The position numbers were made by a program, and so were the translations under genes. Below are positions 1 through 10,285 of a stretch of 27,851 nt of DNA, in pieces. This DNA comes from a virus (Duplodnaviria > Caudoviricetes): positions 1 through 27,851 of IMG/VR virus record IMGVR_UViG_3300020436_000065. The stretch is one strand, 5' to 3'. Positions within the stretch are counted from its first letter, which is position 1; the number at the start of each line of letters is the position of its first letter. The notes under the pieces were generated by a model, which worked only from the letters and a program-made list of their open reading frames with translations, was not told the origin of the DNA and did not search any database.

Positions 1-731
1 TCATTACTTAAACCATCTGGATATGGGTCAATGAATATCTTATTTTCCTGACCTGCAAGAGATGCAATTATATTATCTTGAATTCTAATATTACCAAGGG
101 TGCTATTACCACCAGCAACTAATAAATCACCACCAACATTAACATTCTTCTCTACACCTACACCACCTTCAACAATAAGAGCACCAGTATCTTTGTCTGT
201 TGATTGAGTTGCAATATTGATTCTAACGTCAGCACCTGTAAAAGTTAATTGATCTGTTCCGTTTTCATCGTATTCTATCTTTGCATCAGCAGCATCTGTT
301 CCATTAGCTCCACCACCAAAACCCAAGAAGGTATCGTCAGGAATCATTACCTCACCAGAACCATTAGGATTAAAAATTATATCACCATCAGTATCAGTTG
401 AAGATAATGTGTTGGCATCTAAAGTTAAATTATCTACATTCCATACATCTATTTTTCTATCACTGTCGAGAATTGCTACTAAACCACCATCTGTATTTCT
501 AGTGTTTGATTGACCTGCTAATTTGCCAGGCTCATGTTCCATCATTGACGTGTAGTAATGTCCTGCTATCGGATTGACATTAGCACCATCATCTCCTAAA
601 AATACTCTGTCTTTATATTGATTAACACCGCCAAACTGACCTATACCAGTCACGTATGCCATCTCACCCCAATTCAAACTCGCTGGTTTGGCTGTACCAG
701 ATGAACGTTTGATTCTAATTATACTAGCCAT
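1..731 (-). CDS. Tail fibre protein, N-terminal part (runs off window; missing from ORF track)
   Basis: Hand translation from ATG at 731: MASIIRIKRSSGTAKPASLNWGEMAYVTGIG...KIDVWNVDNLTLDANTLSSTDTDGDIIFNPNGSGEV...TGALIVEGGVGVEKNVNVGG...IFIDPYPDGLSN, open to base 1. The KRS..P..L..GE.A start and the GAL.V.GGVG..KN.NVGG repeat are typical of T4-like cyanophage fibres. Confidence 0.85.
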   Translation of the reverse strand, partial: MASIIRIKRSSGTAKPASLNWGEMAYVTGIGQFGGVNQYKDRVFLGDDGANVNPIAGHYYTSMMEHEPGKLAGQSNTRNTDGGLVAILDSDRKIDVWNVDNLTLDANTLSSTDTDGDIIFNPNGSGEVMIPDDTFLGFGGGANGTDAADAKIEYDENGTDQLTFTGADVRINIATQSTDKDTGALIVEGGVGVEKNVNVGGDLLVAGGNSTLGNIRIQDNIIASLAGQENKIFIDPYPDGLSN

Positions 732-732
732 T

Positions 733-963
733 TCAGAAATTTCCTCCGTTGATGTCTAAATTCTGTGCTGCACCTGGAGTCAACTCCAATGTTGCGTCAA
801 ATTTTTTCGTAACTCCATTAAAAACTAGAACCATACCATCTTGTAAGGTTCCAGAAATATTCACATCACTTAATTCTGTTAATGAGAGAGTTTGAGCACC
901 TGCCAGAGATGAGATCACCTTTGTGGCATTTTGCTGTCCTACTCTGACTTTTATATTTGCCAT
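733..963 (-). CDS. Small conserved structural/fibre-associated protein (76 aa)
   Basis: Has an L.ELSDV motif and ends in DINGGNF. Lies between a late promoter and the fibre gene, with its stop 1 nt before the fibre ATG. Confidence 0.75.
   Translation of the reverse strand: MANIKVRVGQQNATKVISSLAGAQTLSLTELSDVNISGTLQDGMVLVFNGVTKKFDATLELTPGAAQNLDINGGNF
743..747 (-). promoter_or_regulatory. Possible Shine-Dalgarno (GGAGG) for the fibre gene
   Basis: AACGGAGGAAATTTCTGAAATG; GGAGG lies 11 nt before the ATG at 731, inside the Gly-Gly codons of the upstream gene. Confidence 0.4.
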
Positions 964-991
964 CTAAGTTTAGCAATTCAGATCTAAAAAG

Positions 992-999
992 TATTTATA
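992..999 (-). promoter_or_regulatory. T4-type late promoter (gp55 sigma) TATAAATA
   Basis: Exact consensus in the intergenic gap, 28 nt upstream of the ATG at 963. Confidence 0.85.
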
Positions 1000-1003
1000 T
1001 TTA

Positions 1004-1207
1004 CTATGACGTTATCTTTGAAGATAGATCATGTAAAAGAGATTTTAGTGTTTCAATCTCATTTTTCATACTATCAAGTTCTGCTTTTTTATTAGAATTA
1101 TACCTACGATTAGAGATATAATTATCGTAAGCTATTTTATCAGTATTGATAATCGCATTTGTATTTTCATCACGGTATAAATTACCGAAACCTTCTACTG
1201 GTATCAT
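1004..1207 (-). CDS. Small hypothetical protein with C-terminal coiled coil (67 aa)
   Basis: V.G..NLYRD..T.AIIN.D start and heptad-like ELDSMKNEIETLKSLLHDL end; ATGA overlap with the upstream giant gene implies translational coupling. Confidence 0.8.
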   Translation of the reverse strand: MIPVEGFGNLYRDENTNAIINTDKIAYDNYISNRRYNSNKKAELDSMKNEIETLKSLLHDLSSKITS

Positions 1208-4200
1208 GCTAATGCTATTGCTCTAAAGTCTCTTATTCTAACTGGTTTGCACTCATTAGTTTGTGTCATTACAATTTTAATTGTAAAGGCACTAAACTGC
1301 TCTAAGTCATCAACTGTAAACTGATATTCATTAAATTCATCAAATTTACTGTTTCTAACGAAAGCATCTGCTCTTCCATCATTATTCGCTTCATCAATAA
1401 CTACATCACCAAAACCATCACCATCTGTGTCTAGCATATTTGCATAACCAGGAAATGCTCTGTAAGTAGATGAAACCTCAGATGAATCAGGAGAGAATAG
1501 TCGGTAAAATACTCTGAAATCTGCTCCTTCCTCAATACTTGCACCAACTAATACCTTAAGTGATGTTGCGGGTTGTGCTAACTCGATTCTCTCAGTCACA
1601 AATGATGATGCATGAGGATCATTACGTAATTGATTTGTGCGAGAGTCAGTTGCATAATTATTGAATCCTATTGGATTGTTTATTTTATTTCTAAGATATA
1701 CTAATGTTAGATTTTTTAAATCTATGATAGGAGAAAGATTTACGTCAGCAGATGTTAAATTCATATCAAGAATAACAGATTTCTGTTTAGGGAGTCCAGT
1801 TAGTTTATCCTCATTTACGGTAGAGGCTACTAATCTTGTATTATCAAAATGAGTAAATTGATTTAAAGCAATAGGTTGAACTCCTTGATCTAAGAATGAA
1901 ACTTCATTTCCTCCAGCACTAGTTCCACTTATTGTTCTAACTGATGCAGTAATGTCAGTTGTTGTAGATGGTGTAAGGAAGTTAACTTCTGGTTGAATTG
2001 ATGAGTATTGATGGTTTTGTGAAATCTTCACTGTATTACCACCAAATGCCCTTTCATCTGTGAAACATAATAATTGTTTATCAGTTCTTGATGTAATAGA
2101 TGCTGTGTCTACTTCTAGATAATAGAAATCAATATCAGATTCAGATCTTATAGTTGCATTAGCAGGAACCGTAATTACTGTATTAATACCAACAAGAGGC
2201 ATTCCTGCTGCTTCATAAGTTTGAATATTTGCACCTACAGGGTGAGGAACTGCAACAGTATCACCTACACCTCTTACAAGAGATAGTACATCTGTTCCAA
2301 CTGTGTATTGTACGATTTCATTTTCAATTAAAGCTTGTCCTGTGCTTGCTGTAATTCCAGCAAATTTTGAAAATGGTGCAGTGTTACCTATAGAAACTGA
2401 AGTGCTCTCTGCAGTCATTGCTTCGGTTATTGGAACTAACAATGTATCTGGTTTGACATCTTTGATTTCAACCTTATTATTTGCTCCATGATGTGCATGA
2501 TTAATCTGCAATACTTCAAGAACTTTACCTGAGAATAATTCACCGTTCTGAACAGAATCGCCATTGACTGCAACATTAGATATCACTGCCCTTGTATCAT
2601 TATTAGTACCATACTCCACTAGTGCTTCATTATTAGGGAATTTGTCTCCCTGAACATCAGTTAGATATAATGTATCGAATGTGGAATTAATTGATGTTAC
2701 AACTAACTTCATTCCAGCACCTCTAATTACACCACTGTGAGAGTTATCAAGAGTAATCACATCACCAACTTGATATCCAGTTCCTGCAGTTTGTCTACTT
2801 ACATTAGTAATTACACCATCGGATATTGTAACTGTATAAGTTGCACCACTACCACTACCTGTTAAAGCAACTGTAGGAACAGTGCCACTTACACTATATC
2901 CACTTCCATTAGATACAAACTCATCTCCCGCAATAGGACCACCCTGTCCTTCAATAATACCTGTTACACTTTGATCTTCTGAATCACCAGCAGCACCTGT
3001 ACTTACTTTTCGACCAATCGGTAAATTTGCATTGGTTCTTGTACCACTACCATCAATAGTAACTTTTAATTTTCGAGGCAATGAACGAATTGGATTATGT
3101 ACGAGTAACTGTGTATTAAAATTACCTGGTTCAATTGGACTATTATAGAATCTAACAGAACCACTATCAACAAATTTCGCTTTACGAAGTTTGAATGTTA
3201 AATCTTGGTTTTGGCTTGCAGTCCATATCGTACCGTTTTGTGATTTAAATAAACTACCACCAAGATACTGTTTTGATACAACAACATTCTGAACATCTGG
3301 TAAATTTGCAGATTTAACAGATTTCTCACCCATAGTCGAACACCACATCGTGAACTTATCAGAAGAGGGTGCTAAGAAAACTAAAGCAAATTCTTCATTT
3401 GGTGGTAGAAAGATTGGTGATTGGAATTTAAGTGTAGTTGGCACAGAAGCATCATCAGATACATTAATATAATCTGGACTTACAACAATCTCAGCATAAT
3501 CCTGAACTAGTCTTGATGTAGGAGTACCTAATTCAACAAATCTTAATTGAACTGTTAATTTAGCACTTGGATCTTTAGATGCAAAGTAGACATCAAATGA
3601 AGTTAAGAACGCACCAGTTTCATTCACTCTGAATGACTGTGCTAAAGGATCTCTTCCTCCTGCTCCTCTACCTCTTCCTCTTCTTCTACCTCCTCTACGT
3701 GTTGTCACTGTTCTAGTAGTAACTTGATTCCTTGTAGAAACAACAATCTCATTTTCTTTCTCTGGAGGACGAGGTGGATTCCTTACCTGTACGATATTAT
3801 TTGTTTGTGTCAATACAGTTCCAGTTCCAAGGAATGTTCCAGTACAACTACTTGCTAAAGGTATATCTGATGGTAATGGTATAGTTCCGTCTGCTTGAGA
3901 TGTTATCTTAAATGTTTTTGTTCCAGAAGTAAATAATGTTGGTGGTTTTGGTGTTTGGTTTGCATTTCTAAAGAAGAATGACCCAATAACATCCCCCCAA
4001 TTATCAGAAAGTAAATTTACGTTTGTTACTGATGCAACTGCACCACTTGTTTTTCCTGTTAATTTTGCACCTTTTACAACATATCCAAAATATTTTTCAT
4101 TATGTGCTAAACCAATACAATCAACATTGAATAATCTTGATGTTGCTGAATAAGTTGATGATGGTGCAGGTCTTGAAGTATCATATGGATCAACTATATA

Positions 4201-7200
4201 TTTTTCTACACTTACACTAGGTGAACCTAAAGCTGCAGCAACCTCTGGTCTTGATAAATCACCAAACTTGTGATTTGGTTCCTGAGATCTTAATAAACCT
4301 ATTTCTACTCCATTAAGTTCTACTTTTACATCTTCAAAAACGGTAAAAGTACCAGATGTCATTTGTATTTCAAATAATTTAGGAATAACATCAGGAATTC
4401 CACTATCCAAGAAATGATAATGTCTTGTTAGAGGTTTTAATCCACTAGCAAAGTAAGTAACGTTTCTTGACCTCATAAATGGATCTACTGCACTTTCTAC
4501 TTTAGTGCTTTCAATAAAATCTCTTTCCTCCTCATTTCCTTCAAGTACATTTGTAAAACTTCTCTCAACTGTGCGGGTAACTGGTGTTGTTGTTCTTGTT
4601 GTTGTTCTTGTTGTTCTACCAGTACGAGTTGTAGTTGTAGTTGTAGTTGTTCTACCTCTAACAGATACATCACGAACAATGTTTGTTCTTTCTACCCAAG
4701 TATTTCCTGTTGACTCTTTTCTTTCATTATTAATGTAAATTGTTCTAGTCCAGTTATCTGATGGAGGATCAAGTATGACTAATCCATGAAAAGCAATAAC
4801 GTTGAATGGATTTACATTTTCAGTTGTAGTTGCTTGTGGATTTTCGATCCAATCTACCTCTTCATATGCTAATGTAATTAAATCACCAGTTTTTTGACAA
4901 TTTGGATCAGAAAGTTTTAAATTAGAATTTAAATCTGCAGTATTTACATCAATATTGGAATCTAAAGCTAATTCTGGATCCATAGACCAGTAATCTATAG
5001 CAGAGTATAATTGTTCGTTAGTTACATCTACATCACATCTTGAACCAGTTTCAGGACTAAAATCTATGAAGTCTCTATTTCTAAAATTATAAGCAACAAA
5101 ACCAGTTTTAAATCTATTAAGACCATCCGCATCTCTTACCTGAAATGATGCTGTTTCTAATTCTAAAGCATTAAGAGATGAAATATTTTCAAGATTTTTA
5201 ATTCTTTTTTCTAATGAAGCAATATCTCGCATTGTGAATCTGCGATTATCTTTCATTTTTATAAACGCATCTTGTATATCATACAAGTATGGTGGATAAA
5301 TGATTTCAGCAATCTCCATTGCATCAGTATTTACTGACGGAGCAACAGGATTTTCTGCAGATTCCCCTTCTATTACATCTACATTTTCATCTTGACCTAT
5401 AATAACTTTATCAATTCTACCCACATAATAATCAAATCCCATTAAAGAACTTTCATTAGGAGTAATTACAAATGGATTGGATGTCTCGAATGATCTACTG
5501 GTAAATGCAAATGGTGAAACATTTGTACTATTTCCGAAATCAGAAAGATTGAATGGTTTAACCCTTGGTCGATAATCAATAATATCTGATGCAGGAATTT
5601 GACCTGCTAAAATAGGAATATCTTTTTTATATCTCTCTGCGGTGTATGAATTAACTGTAAACACATCACCAGATATACCACTTTGAAACTGATCGAATAT
5701 TATTAATAACTTTTTAGAAGGTGCTCCTGCATTTGTATTTCTAATAATTTTAGAATAGTCGCAATATTGTAATTTATGACCCTTATCTAAAGTATAATTA
5801 GTTGTTCTATCAATAAAATTACCAACAGTTACACCTTGTAGAATTGTTTCTATATTTGATTCTTCAAAATTTATCAATTCACCTACTGTGAATTGATTTC
5901 CATTTAAATATACAAAATCAACAGTATTTGCAGTTCTACTTACAATTTGACCTATCGCACGACTATCTTTACCAATAATTTTTTCACCAATAATAGAATT
6001 AGAGTTTAATGCTAATCCTGAAACAAATGTTAATTTGTCTAAGACAGGAGTATTCGTGTCTTTTGACTCGTATATTGCGACAATATTTACAACATCAGGA
6101 ACATTTAAAGATATTTCTTCGTCTTCAACTCTCATTCCATAATTGGATGTTGTTGTAAGTCCACTATTAATTGTGTTTACTCTAGATGTTCTAGTTACTT
6201 CGAGTGTTTGACTTCTAACAAAATCTTTTGTTTTACTTGTTGTTCCTAATTTTTTAAGAGTTACATTTACAACAGCAGCACCACTTGATTTAGCTAGTCC
6301 ACTAAAAGTGACAGTTTCTCCTCCATTAACAATACTAAACTGATCGTCAGTTAATTTTTCTGTTGTTCCATCTGGATAATGAATTGAATATCTTTCAGCA
6401 TCAAATGGTTCAAAAAATACACTTGTAATACCAACTGAAGTTGTTAATCCAACTGATGAATTAAATGAAATCGTATTATTAGTAATATTTGCTGCTCCAC
6501 CAGTTATTTGCTTACTAATAATTAAATGAGAGTCTGCTAGATTTACGTTACTTACATTAGGTTTTGGCAACTCCCCAAAAATTCCAGATTTTTCAAGATT
6601 TAATACTCTTGGAACTTTTACTTTAAATGTAGATGATGTTGTTTTACTTGCTGAAACTGTATTATTGGTACATATACCTGTAACAAAAGAAGGTGCTGCA
6701 TTTAATGTTAAAGTTTTACCTTCGACTGATATTGCCTCCACTTCATTAAATACAGGATCAGAGTTAATTCCATCACTAAATGATATGATCGAACTTGTGT
6801 TTATGCCAGCGTTTCCTGAAAAATTACCATTTACAACAGTAGCAGCAGTACCAACGACATTGATTGTATCATTCAAAGAAAATCCAGTCAATTGACGATC
6901 ATATAATACTGTATCAGCACTAAAATCAGTCAATAATCCACTGTTAAGTGCATTTGCATCTTGGAATACTGATTTTACATCATCAATTGTATAAAAAACT
7001 ATTTCTTTTATTGATATTTTATCATTAGACTCTACTTCATCAAGTATTATTTGTTCTCCTCTTATAAATCTACCCGTTGTCTGTGATACTGCAATTTCAT
7101 TAGCACCTGATGTACCAGCGTTTTCAGCAACATATCCAATTGCTCCACTTGAAAGACCTCTTATTCTTGAACCCTGAAGCACTTTTACATTATCAAATCC

Positions 7201-8643
7201 ACTGCATTTTAAAATTATAAATGTCTGAATATCGTAAAGATATAAATCAAAACTTGTTGTTTGTCCCTTGTAAGTATCGTCAGTTAATGAATAATAATAA
7301 ACTCTTGCCTCTCCTACTTTAGAACCATTAAATGAATTACTACCTGTTTTTCTTTTACTATGTAATTGAATGGTATTTGAACTTGATCCACCTATGTTTA
7401 TATTTGGAACTCCCTGTGCATTATTAACTCTTATTAAACTACCCATTTCAAATGGTACAGATGTTGAATTAACAGTAAGTGTTTTTCTTGGTTTATTAGC
7501 ATCTAATATAATAGAACCAGGAAGATCTACGTCAAAACCTTTAACATACGCTCTACCTGGTGATAATTTAACAGCTAATAAATCTTCATTAGGAATTAAT
7601 CTATTATCATCAGTTAATCTATCTGCTGTAAAAAGTCCCTCATTTCCTATCTCATCATTTAAAGATTCTTGAAGTTGAATTCTGAATGGTTCTACTGAAT
7701 AATCACCCGATTCATCAAATGTTCTTTTTGCAAAATATTCTTTTATTTTGCTGTAAACTGAATCATCTTGAAGCCTTTTTATCTCACCCTCATCTGTTCT
7801 CATCAATTCTACAAAGTTTGTATCTTCATAGTCTGTTAAAGATTTTTTAGCAAGTTGAACGGAAATTTTAAATCTATCAGCACCTGGTGCAGCAAAGTTT
7901 GTAAAACCTTTTGCGTTATCATATAAAGATGAATCATCATTTGAGTTAATTATTTCCTCTGAAATATCAAAACCTACTCTGTATGATGGTTCATTATTAT
8001 AAGGATCTAATATTAAAAGTTGAGAACTTACATCAACAAAAGAACCACGAATAAAATATACACCTGTGCTTATACCAAAAGCAGAACCAGTTGCTGTTGC
8101 ATTATCTGAAACTAAAGTTAATATTGTTTCTCCAACCGATAATGTAGTATTTCCATAGGTAAGTGGTTCCTCTAATATCAATACTTCACTATCAGGGAAA
8201 GCACTACTTTCACCTGATGTTCCTGATTGAATATATTTGACAAAAATTGTTATTTTTTCTACACCCTCAGCTGGAGGTAATATAAAATTCTTTATTGTTG
8301 CAACTATACCTGAATTTTGTCCTCTTACTCTTATTCCTTTTCCACCATTAGCTGCAATAATGTCGCTTAAGTAAATTGATACATCAATGCCAAGATGTGT
8401 TTCATTTACTTTTGCAGAAAAATATGTACGATCTAGTTCAATGTTACCAGGTATAACCATTGAACCTTCTTTAAATATATGCTTACCAAAAGCCTCAACT
8501 TGATTTTGTAAAAGAGATTGTAAACCAGTTAATTCCCTTGCTTGAACTGGATAACCAGGTTTAAACAATATCTTGTAGAATTGATCGGCTTTATCAAAGT
8601 CATCAAAATAAGGTGATATATTTAAGTTAGTCTTTTGTGGCAT
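1204..8643 (-). CDS. Large virion structural protein, DUF4815 / VrlC-like (2479 aa)
   Basis: N-terminus TNLN.SPYFDDF...ILFKPGYPVQARELT.LQS.LQNQ, plus RT.DESGDY, RRFTMRDI..LE.RI, DPLAQSF and GSLFKSQNG..WT motifs; directly after gp8 as in cyanomyoviruses. Confidence 0.88.
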   Translation of the reverse strand: MPQKTNLNISPYFDDFDKADQFYKILFKPGYPVQARELTGLQSLLQNQVEAFGKHIFKEGSMVIPGNIELDRTYFSAKVNETHLGIDVSIYLSDIIAANGGKGIRVRGQNSGIVATIKNFILPPAEGVEKITIFVKYIQSGTSGESSAFPDSEVLILEEPLTYGNTTLSVGETILTLVSDNATATGSAFGISTGVYFIRGSFVDVSSQLLILDPYNNEPSYRVGFDISEEIINSNDDSSLYDNAKGFTNFAAPGADRFKISVQLAKKSLTDYEDTNFVELMRTDEGEIKRLQDDSVYSKIKEYFAKRTFDESGDYSVEPFRIQLQESLNDEIGNEGLFTADRLTDDNRLIPNEDLLAVKLSPGRAYVKGFDVDLPGSIILDANKPRKTLTVNSTSVPFEMGSLIRVNNAQGVPNINIGGSSSNTIQLHSKRKTGSNSFNGSKVGEARVYYYSLTDDTYKGQTTSFDLYLYDIQTFIILKCSGFDNVKVLQGSRIRGLSSGAIGYVAENAGTSGANEIAVSQTTGRFIRGEQIILDEVESNDKISIKEIVFYTIDDVKSVFQDANALNSGLLTDFSADTVLYDRQLTGFSLNDTINVVGTAATVVNGNFSGNAGINTSSIISFSDGINSDPVFNEVEAISVEGKTLTLNAAPSFVTGICTNNTVSASKTTSSTFKVKVPRVLNLEKSGIFGELPKPNVSNVNLADSHLIISKQITGGAANITNNTISFNSSVGLTTSVGITSVFFEPFDAERYSIHYPDGTTEKLTDDQFSIVNGGETVTFSGLAKSSGAAVVNVTLKKLGTTSKTKDFVRSQTLEVTRTSRVNTINSGLTTTSNYGMRVEDEEISLNVPDVVNIVAIYESKDTNTPVLDKLTFVSGLALNSNSIIGEKIIGKDSRAIGQIVSRTANTVDFVYLNGNQFTVGELINFEESNIETILQGVTVGNFIDRTTNYTLDKGHKLQYCDYSKIIRNTNAGAPSKKLLIIFDQFQSGISGDVFTVNSYTAERYKKDIPILAGQIPASDIIDYRPRVKPFNLSDFGNSTNVSPFAFTSRSFETSNPFVITPNESSLMGFDYYVGRIDKVIIGQDENVDVIEGESAENPVAPSVNTDAMEIAEIIYPPYLYDIQDAFIKMKDNRRFTMRDIASLEKRIKNLENISSLNALELETASFQVRDADGLNRFKTGFVAYNFRNRDFIDFSPETGSRCDVDVTNEQLYSAIDYWSMDPELALDSNIDVNTADLNSNLKLSDPNCQKTGDLITLAYEEVDWIENPQATTTENVNPFNVIAFHGLVILDPPSDNWTRTIYINNERKESTGNTWVERTNIVRDVSVRGRTTTTTTTTRTGRTTRTTTRTTTPVTRTVERSFTNVLEGNEEERDFIESTKVESAVDPFMRSRNVTYFASGLKPLTRHYHFLDSGIPDVIPKLFEIQMTSGTFTVFEDVKVELNGVEIGLLRSQEPNHKFGDLSRPEVAAALGSPSVSVEKYIVDPYDTSRPAPSSTYSATSRLFNVDCIGLAHNEKYFGYVVKGAKLTGKTSGAVASVTNVNLLSDNWGDVIGSFFFRNANQTPKPPTLFTSGTKTFKITSQADGTIPLPSDIPLASSCTGTFLGTGTVLTQTNNIVQVRNPPRPPEKENEIVVSTRNQVTTRTVTTRRGGRRRGRGRGAGGRDPLAQSFRVNETGAFLTSFDVYFASKDPSAKLTVQLRFVELGTPTSRLVQDYAEIVVSPDYINVSDDASVPTTLKFQSPIFLPPNEEFALVFLAPSSDKFTMWCSTMGEKSVKSANLPDVQNVVVSKQYLGGSLFKSQNGTIWTASQNQDLTFKLRKAKFVDSGSVRFYNSPIEPGNFNTQLLVHNPIRSLPRKLKVTIDGSGTRTNANLPIGRKVSTGAAGDSEDQSVTGIIEGQGGPIAGDEFVSNGSGYSVSGTVPTVALTGSGSGATYTVTISDGVITNVSRQTAGTGYQVGDVITLDNSHSGVIRGAGMKLVVTSINSTFDTLYLTDVQGDKFPNNEALVEYGTNNDTRAVISNVAVNGDSVQNGELFSGKVLEVLQINHAHHGANNKVEIKDVKPDTLLVPITEAMTAESTSVSIGNTAPFSKFAGITASTGQALIENEIVQYTVGTDVLSLVRGVGDTVAVPHPVGANIQTYEAAGMPLVGINTVITVPANATIRSESDIDFYYLEVDTASITSRTDKQLLCFTDERAFGGNTVKISQNHQYSSIQPEVNFLTPSTTTDITASVRTISGTSAGGNEVSFLDQGVQPIALNQFTHFDNTRLVASTVNEDKLTGLPKQKSVILDMNLTSADVNLSPIIDLKNLTLVYLRNKINNPIGFNNYATDSRTNQLRNDPHASSFVTERIELAQPATSLKVLVGASIEEGADFRVFYRLFSPDSSEVSSTYRAFPGYANMLDTDGDGFGDVVIDEANNDGRADAFVRNSKFDEFNEYQFTVDDLEQFSAFTIKIVMTQTNECKPVRIRDFRAIALA
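3650..3720 (-). repeat. Arg/Gly low-complexity tract (TTRTVTTRRGGRRRGRGRGAGGR)
   Basis: Purine-rich AGAGGA/AGAGGT-type units immediately before DPLAQSF. Confidence 0.8.
4583..4660 (-). repeat. Thr/Arg low-complexity tandem repeats (RGRTTTTTTTTRTGRTTRTTTRTTTP)
   Basis: Plus strand shows about three GTTGTA units and two to three GTTGTTGTTCTT-type units, all multiples of 3 nt. Confidence 0.8.
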
Positions 8644-8645
8644 TT

Positions 8646-10244
8646 TTAGAATTCGAGTATGATTTTAATGTCTTCCTTTTGACGAGAATTTCTGACAATT
8701 GTGGGTCTATTATCCAAGTAAATCGTTTCTCCTGACCCTTTATTTATCTCAGTATCAGACAGACCTGAAATAAAGTTTACACCTAAGTTAATTAATTTAT
8801 TACCATCAGGATTTGTTGTAATTCCTGAAAAATTTCTAGAAATTGCTCCAGAAAAACTTGTTTTTTGACCTTTAATATCATTTGAACCTAATGTAGATTC
8901 AAAATTATAGATTCTACCAGATGTTGAAATACCAGCATAATCCTCATGACCTAAAAATGTGCGGTCAAAATTTAGTGAACGATCTCTAAAATATTTTAAA
9001 ACTTTAGTTTCAGAATCAAAAGAAGCGACATATGCACTTGCTTGTTTACCAGCGTTTGGAGATTGAATTAAAACTTGTCTTATCTCTTCACCTACTTCTG
9101 GTTTTCCAGAAATAGTATCAAACTTAACTGCTTGTAATGAAGAAAAAGTATTATCAGTATATGTTACTGATGTTCCAACTTTTGTTGGATTTTTTACGAT
9201 ACCAACCTGTGAAAATTTTGTATCGATAGGAAAATCTTTTGTGGAATCATCGAATCTAGCATAGATAATTACCTTATCAGTTCCTAATTCAGTGTAAATA
9301 TCAGAACCATGCCCCAACTTAGGTGGAATAATTGGAATTAATTTAGCACGGTCAGTAGATGTAGTAACACCGCTACTTAGCGTACCTAAATCAACTATAC
9401 CATAACTATATCCTGCTCCACCAGCACTCACAGTAACGTCTGTAATAGTTCCATTTACAACATCAACTCTTGCCTTCGCTCCAGTTCCATCACCAATTAT
9501 ATCAACCTCTTGACTCAATCCATTAGCATAATCTGCTCCAGCTCTGTCAATGTAAACATGTTTAATTTGATTTAAATTAGTAGAGGAATCACCATTTTCA
9601 CGAACTGCTCTTATCTGAGTATCTTCACTTGTACTCCAGTTATTAGGAACAGTAATAAATTCAGTTGAGTCGAATTTAATAATATCGCTTGGTGAAACAG
9701 TGAAAAGATATTTCCAAACATATCCATCTCCACTATTTCCTGCTTTTGATGGTTCTAAATCGGTGAAGGTTGGTTCATCTTGAGATACGTTTCCAAGTGG
9801 TTTATCTCCTGTTGATCCATTATCAATACAAACATAAACTTTAAAGTCGGAATTAAGTACGTAGTAGTTCGCATCATATAATCTATTTGCACCTGTTAAT
9901 GGACTTGGATTTTCGACACTATAGTCGTCTCTATAAATTTCATATCTACTACCTGCTACCCAATCCACTCTTCTTATAATTCTCCTGATATTAGCTGATG
10001 ATACTTTTTTACCATACATCATCGTATCACCTGCATGTCTTCTATATGAAAAACTATCTATAGGTGCTGGTGTATTATTATCCCATCCTAAAGATCTACC
10101 ATATCCCACTATAGTCTCATCAGGAGTGCCTTCTGGATTTGGTAATCCAATAAACACGTAATATGAATTATTAGTATTTTCTACTGACTCAACAAAGTTG
10201 TTAGCATTCAGAATTCTAAATTGATCAGTAATTATCGCTGACAT
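8646..10244 (-). CDS. gp8: Baseplate wedge subunit gp8
   Basis: MSAIIT.QFRI.NA start, R.DW.AG..Y..YRDDY, YYV.NSD..VY.CIDNG, DGYVWKYLFT, and C-terminal IYLDNR..I.R...QKEDIKIILEF. Confidence 0.93.
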   Translation of the reverse strand: MSAIITDQFRILNANNFVESVENTNNSYYVFIGLPNPEGTPDETIVGYGRSLGWDNNTPAPIDSFSYRRHAGDTMMYGKKVSSANIRRIIRRVDWVAGSRYEIYRDDYSVENPSPLTGANRLYDANYYVLNSDFKVYVCIDNGSTGDKPLGNVSQDEPTFTDLEPSKAGNSGDGYVWKYLFTVSPSDIIKFDSTEFITVPNNWSTSEDTQIRAVRENGDSSTNLNQIKHVYIDRAGADYANGLSQEVDIIGDGTGAKARVDVVNGTITDVTVSAGGAGYSYGIVDLGTLSSGVTTSTDRAKLIPIIPPKLGHGSDIYTELGTDKVIIYARFDDSTKDFPIDTKFSQVGIVKNPTKVGTSVTYTDNTFSSLQAVKFDTISGKPEVGEEIRQVLIQSPNAGKQASAYVASFDSETKVLKYFRDRSLNFDRTFLGHEDYAGISTSGRIYNFESTLGSNDIKGQKTSFSGAISRNFSGITTNPDGNKLINLGVNFISGLSDTEINKGSGETIYLDNRPTIVRNSRQKEDIKIILEF

Positions 10245-10265
10245 TGTTAATTAACTTTTTCTTTT

Positions 10266-10273
10266 TATTTATA
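10266..10273 (-). promoter_or_regulatory. T4-type late promoter TATAAATA
   Basis: Exact consensus between gp7 stop and gp8 start, 21 nt upstream of the ATG. Confidence 0.85.
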
Positions 10274-10285
10274 GAGGAAATTGAA

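Noticed and set aside
4497-4738. Gln-rich minus-strand ORF (4497-4679) and Val-rich plus-strand ORF (4505-4738)
   Set aside because: Alternate-frame and antisense readings of the Thr-codon repeat in the 2479-aa gene.
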